DNA from: a virus
Length of the DNA stretch: 33,056 nt
Strand: one strand, 5' to 3'
IMG/VR virus record: IMGVR_UViG_3300045911_000146
Span: 1-33,056 of that record
The notes beneath the pieces are model-generated. The model ran no database searches. It worked only from the letters and a program-made list of their open reading frames with translations, and was not told where the DNA came from. The first letter of the stretch is position 1. Each line of letters starts with the position of its first letter. Of the stretch, positions 18,092 through 23,967 are shown in pieces. Made by a program: the position numbers and the translations under genes.

Positions 18092-18307
18092 CACATGACT
18101 AACTCTTATAAACTCGTAATCGCGGACTTTGTCCGCGACACTTACGAACACTGGCCCTCCCTCACACTCGAGGGAGCAATAGCTTACGATAAAATAAGCG
18201 CGGCTATTTTAGAATTGCCACCGCTTAGATCAATCGCACCAGATATTTTTGATGCGACAATACAAACACTTTTGTATACGGAGACCGTCTATGCCGTCGA
18301 AAGGTAA
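18092..18307 (+). CDS. Hypothetical protein (71 aa).
   Basis: ORF 18041..18307. The internal ATG 18092 (MTNSYKLV...) is preferred if the candidate promoter is real. The start is uncertain. Confidence 0.5.
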   Translation, partial: HMTNSYKLVIADFVRDTYEHWPSLTLEGAIAYDKISAAILELPPLRSIAPDIFDATIQTLLYTETVYAVER

Positions 18308-18680
18308 AGACTGCTGTAAAATCTGCGAGCGCCCAATCGGACGCGAAGACACTTGCAATTATTTAACTTGCGTAGTTTGCGAAGAATCAGTCTGTGAACG
18401 TTGCTGCCTCGATTTCAGCGAAGCAATCCTTGAAATCGACGGCGCTGAAGTTTGCGCAGACTGTCAGTGTAAACCACGCATCGATGACATCCGGCCATAC
18501 CTCCGCAGCGGAGAGCATTTTGTCGTTTCACGCGATAAGCGCGATAAATGTTGGTTCGGCGTGCGCCGATGCGTCGAAAGCGACGGCATGATCCGCGGGT
18601 GGTTACTCGCGCACAATGGGCGCGTGTGGGCGTGCGAATCACCGCTCGAAGTAGAAGCAGCAATAATGAGCATGTTTTAA
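18291..18680 (+). CDS. Cys-rich zinc-finger protein (129 aa).
   Basis: ATG 18291 lies 6 nt after GGAGA. Paired Cys motifs are CCKICERP...CNYLTCVVCEESVCERCC...CADCQC. Confidence 0.65.
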   Translation: MPSKGKDCCKICERPIGREDTCNYLTCVVCEESVCERCCLDFSEAILEIDGAEVCADCQCKPRIDDIRPYLRSGEHFVVSRDKRDKCWFGVRRCVESDGMIRGWLLAHNGRVWACESPLEVEAAIMSMF

Positions 18681-18694
18681 CGGTCGACGAGCAC

Positions 18695-18979
18695 CGAGTT
18701 CAAAAATGAAGGCCCTTATTCTGCGAACAGCATATGATCACTTGCGCTTGCGATCAGGCTCGTGGTCGGGGTCGTGGTCGCGGTCGGGAGTGTGGTCGCG
18801 GTCGGGGTCGCGGTCGGGGGCGTGGTCGCGGTCGTGGTCGTGGTCGCGGTCGTGGTCGCGGTCGGGGTCGTGGTCGCGGTCGGGAGTGTGGTCGCGGTCG
18901 TGGGCGGGGTCGTGGTCGCGGTCAGGGGCGTGCTCGCGGTCAGGCAACAAAACTCGATGAAAACGGTCGACGAGCACCG
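18695..18979 (+). repeat. Hexamer-array element A: a conserved 5' flank, 33 copies of GGTCGN (array 18746-18943), and a conserved 3' flank.
   Basis: The 5' flank CGAGTTCAAAAATGAAGGCCCTTATTCTGCGAACAGCATATGA and the 3' flank GCGGTCAGGCAACAAAACTCGATGAAAAC are shared with element B. The array is open in all six frames. Candidate ORFs are 18706..18960, 18734..18982 and 18762..18989. Confidence 0.9.
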
Positions 18980-19011
18980 TAAAATGTAAGAAAAAAACAA
19001 AGGATGAACAT

Positions 19012-19353
19012 ATGAGTGAATGTATAGACAACTTAAAACTAAAAGAGATTAAAGAATTGCTTTCTATTGTCGGAGGATCAGCAGCAAAGACAGAGTTGCC
19101 CTTTAAAATCGGGGAAAAGGTTTTTATCCGAACCGTTACTCATTATCTCACCGGGCAAATTAAAGACATAGTTGGAAAGTTTTTAGTACTCAAAGACGCC
19201 GCATGGATAGCAGACAGTGGAAGGTTCACGCAGGCAATCGAGGAGGGGAGATTAAATGAGGTAGAGCCGGTAACCTCAGACGTGCGTGTGAATACAGATT
19301 CAATTGTAGATTGTTATCAGTGGGCTTTTGAATTGCCGCGAGTTCAAAAATGA
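19012..19353 (+). CDS. Hypothetical protein (113 aa).
   Basis: ATG is preceded by AAAGGA. The composition looks like an ordinary globular protein. Its last 15 nt form the 5' end of element B. Confidence 0.7.
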   Translation: MSECIDNLKLKEIKELLSIVGGSAAKTELPFKIGEKVFIRTVTHYLTGQIKDIVGKFLVLKDAAWIADSGRFTQAIEEGRLNEVEPVTSDVRVNTDSIVDCYQWAFELPRVQK

Positions 19354-19638
19354 AGGCCCTTATTCTGCGAACAGCATATGACCACTTGTGCTCGCGGTCA
19401 GGCTCGCAATCGGGGGCGTGGTCGCGGTCGCAGTTGTGGTCGTGGTCGGGGTCGTGGTCGCGGTCGGGGGCGTGGTCGGGGTCAGGGGCGTGGTCGCGGT
19501 CGCAGTCGTGGTCGTGGTCGGCGTCGTGGTCGCGGTCGCGGTCGTGGTCGGGGGCGTGGTCGCGGTCGCGGTCGTGGTCGCGGTCAGGCTCGCAGTCGCG
19601 GTCAGGCAACAAAACTCGATGAAAACAGTCGAGCATCG
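19339..19638 (+). repeat. Hexamer-array element B: a paralogue of element A with 36 copies of GGTCGN (array 19390-19605).
   Basis: It has the same flanks as element A. Candidate ORFs are 19350..19622 (ATGA-coupled to the upstream gene), 19378..19647 and 19388..19669. Confidence 0.9.
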
Positions 19639-19678
19639 CATTATTGAATTAAGACGCAAAAAGCAGTGATGAGAATTT

Positions 19679-20302
19679 ATGAAAACATTTACAATCGACC
19701 ACATCCGCTCATGGAACCCTTGCTACAATCTAATCAAACACCTGCCCGAAAGGTGGTCTGGTACGGTAATAGACATACTCAAGCACAGCACCATCCCGCC
19801 CGAAGATAAAATCTCGGTCATATGTCGAAATGAATTAATCAACGCAAAAACCTTGCGATCGTTTGCGGTCGAATGCGCTCGGCAGGTGCAGCATCTAATG
19901 AAAGACAAACGAAGTGTTGCTGCGCTAGACGTATCTGAAAGATACACAAACGGGCAAGCGACTGATAACGAGCTTGTTGCTGCTTGTGAGGCTGCTCATG
20001 CCGCTGCTTGTAACGCTACCGGGGCTGCCGCTTGGGAGGCCGCCTGGGCTGCTGCTTGGGCCACCGCCTTGGCTGCCGCTCAGGAAGCCGCTCAGGAAGC
20101 CGCTCAGGCTGCCGCTTGGGCTGCCGCTCGGGAAGCCGTTCAGGCGGCTAAGGCCGCCGCCCAGGCTGCCAATTGGCCTGCTAGGGGTGTTAGGGAGGCG
20201 TCTAAAGTTGCTGGGGCTATTGCTATGGCTCTTGTTAGGGAGGCCCAGATCGCAAAATTAATTCAGATGGTGGAAGAGGGAGATGAAAGCCTACTGAATT
20301 AA
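19679..20302 (+). CDS. Ala/Trp-repeat protein (207 aa) with a globular N-domain and an AAWxAA-type helical repeat region.
   Basis: Contains GAAAWEAAWAAAWATALAAAQEAAQEAAQAAAWAAAREAVQAAKAAAQAA. It resembles widespread uncharacterised bacterial and phage proteins with (A-A-x-x) periodic Ala repeats. Confidence 0.65.
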   Translation: MKTFTIDHIRSWNPCYNLIKHLPERWSGTVIDILKHSTIPPEDKISVICRNELINAKTLRSFAVECARQVQHLMKDKRSVAALDVSERYTNGQATDNELVAACEAAHAAACNATGAAAWEAAWAAAWATALAAAQEAAQEAAQAAAWAAAREAVQAAKAAAQAANWPARGVREASKVAGAIAMALVREAQIAKLIQMVEEGDESLLN

Positions 20303-20304
20303 AC

Positions 20305-20526
20305 ATGAAAACAGATTACCGGATACGAAGCGTAACGCATGGTAAAACACACAAACAACAGCTTAAACGTAGGTGCCAGATGAAAACAAAAATTAGAAAA
20401 CGCAATCCGCAAGATGCTACACTCAGGAATATTAACGCGCTAAAGAAGCGAGTCGCAAAGCTTGAACGAGACTTAAAAAAGGCTAAGACAATAATCGGGC
20501 ATTTGTTGCGGCAATCTCATTGCTAG
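20305..20526 (+). CDS. Small, highly basic coiled-coil protein (73 aa, or 48 aa from the internal ATG).
   Basis: ATG 2 nt after the upstream stop. The K/R-rich segment is NINALKKRVAKLERDLKKAK. Confidence 0.5.
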   Translation: MKTDYRIRSVTHGKTHKQQLKRRCQMKTKIRKRNPQDATLRNINALKKRVAKLERDLKKAKTIIGHLLRQSHC

Positions 20527-20638
20527 TTACTAATGCGATCATACCTTACCGCAATAAGCTCACACCTTGCCATCGTAACCCCAAATCACCAAATTTATAC
20601 GCCCACTCGCTCAAATAATACGCTCTAAAAGGATTAAC

Positions 20639-21613
20639 ATGTTTGGACTAGACTTGCTCGGCATAGCCGCATTTCCTAACGCAATGTCTCGGGCCTTCCC
20701 TAAAGGCTTTGCCTTAGGCGCTTTTGCAAACACATTTGGCAACCCTTACCCGCATATAAAGCGCATACTACAAACAGGGAAATGCCCGCGCGTTCGTATC
20801 CATGCAGTGTGGGAGGATAATCATAGATATATCCCTGCACTCCACGATCCAATCATTCGTAAAGAGCACAATAAATTAAAACAGTTTGCAGCTAATTATG
20901 ACGGAATAGAATTCAACTTCTCACCATTCTGCGAGGCTATCGGGGATTTGACCGCAATACTAGAAGAGCTTAAAGCCGACACCCCATTTTTGTTAATTAA
21001 TTCCGTTTGGCAAGGGCCAGCACAAAAGCCAGCACTCGCAATAAACGAATATCACGGGGAAGCATCAAGACAGCGCGGAGTGTATAATTACAGTTGGGAC
21101 GGGGATAGCACAGTCGACGGGGACGTCACGGCAATGAGGAAACGGCACAAATCCGCTTACACTCATTTCTTTTGGCATCCATCGTTCAACGGTAAGCGCA
21201 ACGTATCCGACTCAACTCCAAGACCAAAACGCAGGTTCTGGCCAACGCCACAATTAATTGAATCAATCGGATATTTAGAAACACAGCGCGGTCGCACTAG
21301 CCTTGCCAACGGCTGGCTGTGGAAGTCTCACGCCGATGTGCATTCTGTCCCTCCAGAGCCTAGAGCGTATAAACCTGTATTAATTACACCACTAAAAAAA
21401 GACTTTATCGAGTTGCGTTCTGCTAACAACAAGGTGATCGAGCGCATGCCCTACGGAGGTATGTTCGACGATGGCTCAGGGCGCCATAGGTACTATGCAA
21501 GTCGCTACGGATACGAAATATCAAAAGACTCGTATAGCAACGGCGGCACCCCAACCGTTCGATTTGAAGGACAAAAAGTTAACCCAGCATTCCGCGATGG
21601 GGGCTTCCGCTGA
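20639..21613 (+). CDS. Hypothetical protein (324 aa). Possible hydrolase, unassigned.
   Basis: Long ORF with AAGGA 7 nt upstream of the ATG. No confidently recognisable motif. Confidence 0.6.
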   Translation: MFGLDLLGIAAFPNAMSRAFPKGFALGAFANTFGNPYPHIKRILQTGKCPRVRIHAVWEDNHRYIPALHDPIIRKEHNKLKQFAANYDGIEFNFSPFCEAIGDLTAILEELKADTPFLLINSVWQGPAQKPALAINEYHGEASRQRGVYNYSWDGDSTVDGDVTAMRKRHKSAYTHFFWHPSFNGKRNVSDSTPRPKRRFWPTPQLIESIGYLETQRGRTSLANGWLWKSHADVHSVPPEPRAYKPVLITPLKKDFIELRSANNKVIERMPYGGMFDDGSGRHRYYASRYGYEISKDSYSNGGTPTVRFEGQKVNPAFRDGGFR

Positions 21614-21654
21614 TTCCTCTTGCATGATAGGCAGTAACGGCGCAAAATAATTGT

Positions 21655-21879
21655 ATGAATAAGCCAGGGCTGCTTAAGCAGTGGAGGGAGCAGTGTAGAA
21701 TAAGCCAGAGCGAAGCTGCAAAATTGCTCGGCGTTTCTCCACAACGCTATTCATATATGGAACATCACGGGAAAGTGATCCCTCATTCTGCACTTCGCCT
21801 CATGGCTAATGCATGGGCTGAAAGCACAGAACAATCAGTAGTAAAGTTTTATGGGTGGTATCATAATAGTGGGCGATAG
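21655..21879 (+). CDS. XRE-type helix-turn-helix protein (74 aa).
   Basis: The HTH segment is ISQSEAAKLLGVSPQRYSYMEH. Confidence 0.65.
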   Translation: MNKPGLLKQWREQCRISQSEAAKLLGVSPQRYSYMEHHGKVIPHSALRLMANAWAESTEQSVVKFYGWYHNSGR

Positions 21880-22159
21880 CGGCACTATAAAGACTTATTT
21901 GCTCTTCTCATACCCACAAAATGTGCGTAAACACAGCGAAAAGCAGGTTTCGCTTAAACAAGGCGAAGCCGTTCTAGACATTTTTCTCGGCTCTGGCTCA
22001 ACACTAATCGCAGCCGACCAGCTTGGGCGCATTTGCTACGGTATGGGGATAAGCCCCGTATATTGTCAGGCAATACTAGAACGATATCAGAGCTACTGCG
22101 CCGATAGTGACAAGAAATGCATCATTAAAATAAACGGCGAGCCATTCTATGCCAACTAA
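21851..22159 (+). pseudogene. Internally deleted remnant of a beta-class N6/N4 DNA methyltransferase (102 aa ORF).
   Basis: An N-terminal IIIVGDS motif and a C-terminal AdoMet motif I block, VLDIFLGSGSTLIAADQLGRICYGMGISPVYCQAILERY, are present. The roughly 150 aa that normally carry the DPPY catalytic motif are absent. Confidence 0.55.
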
Positions 22160-22502
22160 AGGGACTTCACGATTTAAAGCTACAGATGAGCAGCGTAAGC
22201 TCGTTGAGCAAATGGCCGCATTTGGCGTATCACAAGAGCAAATTGCCGGTGTGTTAGGCGTTTCAGTGGATACTATTCAGCGGCACTTTAGAAAAGAAAT
22301 TGATACGGCAGCAACGCGCGCGAATACAAGAGTTGCAGGCGCTTTATACAAAAACGCCATGGAAGGTAACGTGTCTGCGCAAATATTCTGGATGAAGACT
22401 CGGGGGAAATGGAGAGAAGTGCATGACGTTGAAGTCAGCGGAAAAGACGGAAGCGGAATCATCCCTTCAATTACCATCGGGGTTAATAAATCTTCAGTTT
22501 AA
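22149..22502 (+). CDS. terS: Terminase small subunit (117 aa).
   Basis: HTH segment VSQEQIAGVLGVSVDTIQRHF, followed by AQIFWMKTRGKWRE, a typical small-terminase motif. It lies immediately upstream of the large subunit. Confidence 0.8.
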   Translation: MPTKGTSRFKATDEQRKLVEQMAAFGVSQEQIAGVLGVSVDTIQRHFRKEIDTAATRANTRVAGALYKNAMEGNVSAQIFWMKTRGKWREVHDVEVSGKDGSGIIPSITIGVNKSSV

Positions 22503-23967
22503 CCTACATCCACAGCAAGCCAATTTACTAAACACCACAGCGACCGAAATACTATTCGGCGGCGCAGCAGGAGGCGGCAAAAGCTTTTTGACGCGCGTTT
22601 TGTCAATCCTTTGGTGCGTTGAAATCCCCGGGCTAAACGTATTCTTGTTTCGTCGATTATATGACGACTTAATCAAGAATCATGTGGAAGGCCCGACAGG
22701 TTACCGCGCAATGCTGGCCCCTTGGCTTAATGCCAAGCATCCACAGTCTCCGCTACTCGCCGGGCGCGTGTGCGAAATGTTGCAGACCGAGATTCGATTC
22801 TGGAACGGTAGCAAGATTTTCCTTTGTCATTTGCAGCATCAAAAAGATATTACTAAATACTATGGTCCTGAATTCCATGTGCTGTTCATTGAAGAAGCGA
22901 CGCAGTTCACTGAGTTCATGATCCGCTTTTTGCGCGGTCGCTTGCGTATCCCTGACGCTTTAAAAATACCAGATAAATACAAGAAGCCTGAAGCTGAATG
23001 GCGCGACCCTAAAGTGCCTGATTACTATTTCCCCCGAGCTATCTATACGAGCAACCCCGGGGGAGTAGGGCATGCGTATTTAAAGCGCTCGTTTATTACC
23101 GGGTTCAAGCCGCTGCAATTACACAAGGCGCCCGATGACGACGGTGGGCACACTAGGATGTACGTACCAGCCAAAGTAGACGACAACCCAAGCGTGAACC
23201 GTGAGCAGGTCAAAGAGCAATTGCGCGGGCTACCACCCGCACTGGTAAATGCGCTTTTATTGGGAGATTGGAACGCTGTTGTAGGCGCGTTCTTCCCGGA
23301 GCCTGGTCCGCAGCACGTTGTCCCTAATTTTCAGATCCCTGATTACTGGCCCAGGTTTATGAGTATGGACTGGGGCGCGTGCGGAGAGGGAGACCCTTTT
23401 GCCATTGGCTGGTGGACTGTAAGCGACGGCACATATTTACCGAGGGGGAGTTTAATTTGCTATCGTCGATGGTATGGGCGCGGACTGCCTAAAGTTACTG
23501 CGCACATGGTGGCGCTCGGCATAAAAGAAAGAGAGCAAGGCGAGAAGATTGTAGCTAGACACGCCGGTGGTGACATCCTAGAAAAACGAGGGACCGGCCC
23601 AAGCTTATTTGAGATCTTTGCAGGCGAGGGTATTCACTTTCAGCGCGCCGATATGCGCCGCATAAATGGCTGGGCACAGGTCAGAGAGAGATTAGTAGGC
23701 AAAAATGGCAAGCCATTGCTCTATTGGACAGAAGAAACTTCAGAAAGTTTAGAATTGCTAGGGAATTTACAACATGACATAAATAACCCTAGCGATATTG
23801 CGCCTGGCGACGATCATGAAGCGGACATGATTCGTTACATGTGCATGTCAAGACCATTCACCCGCAATATGCCAGCAGCTAAATTGCCTCAAGCGGAAAG
23901 ATTTAAAATGCCCACAATGGATGAAGCATGGAGTCAGAGAGAGCAGAGGAACAACCCAAGGCGCTAG
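22423..23967 (+). CDS. terL: Terminase large subunit (514 aa).
   Basis: Walker A FGGAAGGGKSF and Walker B VLFIEEA. The C-terminal nuclease region contains MSMDWG and DDHEADM. ATG follows GGAGAGAAG. It overlaps terS by 80 nt, with no alternative start in frame. Confidence 0.9.
   Translation: MTLKSAEKTEAESSLQLPSGLINLQFNLHPQQANLLNTTATEILFGGAAGGGKSFLTRVLSILWCVEIPGLNVFLFRRLYDDLIKNHVEGPTGYRAMLAPWLNAKHPQSPLLAGRVCEMLQTEIRFWNGSKIFLCHLQHQKDITKYYGPEFHVLFIEEATQFTEFMIRFLRGRLRIPDALKIPDKYKKPEAEWRDPKVPDYYFPRAIYTSNPGGVGHAYLKRSFITGFKPLQLHKAPDDDGGHTRMYVPAKVDDNPSVNREQVKEQLRGLPPALVNALLLGDWNAVVGAFFPEPGPQHVVPNFQIPDYWPRFMSMDWGACGEGDPFAIGWWTVSDGTYLPRGSLICYRRWYGRGLPKVTAHMVALGIKEREQGEKIVARHAGGDILEKRGTGPSLFEIFAGEGIHFQRADMRRINGWAQVRERLVGKNGKPLLYWTEETSESLELLGNLQHDINNPSDIAPGDDHEADMIRYMCMSRPFTRNMPAAKLPQAERFKMPTMDEAWSQREQRNNPRR

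Noticed and set aside
18746-19605. Possible CRISPR array or phage mini-array.
   Set aside because: The repeat unit is only 6 nt with no spacers. There is no leader or repeat of CRISPR size (24-48 nt), and there are no cas genes in the genome.
18695-19638. Template-repeat and variable-repeat pair of a diversity-generating retroelement.
   Set aside because: No reverse transcriptase is present anywhere in the genome. The A/B differences are not adenine-specific, and neither copy lies at the 3' end of a plausible target gene.
18716-19704. Minus-strand ORFs encoding DRDHDPDR... and TTATTTP... repeats (18716..19000, 18738..19031, 19226..19636, 19360..19704).
   Set aside because: GGTCGN contains no stop codon in any of the six frames, so these ORFs are a by-product. 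They run antisense through + strand genes that have good SDs (19012..19353), and they have no SD or promoter context of their own. This is not formally excluded.
21851-22159. A functional DNA methyltransferase.
   Set aside because: At 102 aa, with no DPPY-type catalytic motif or target-recognition domain, it cannot be a complete enzyme. It is reported as a remnant instead.
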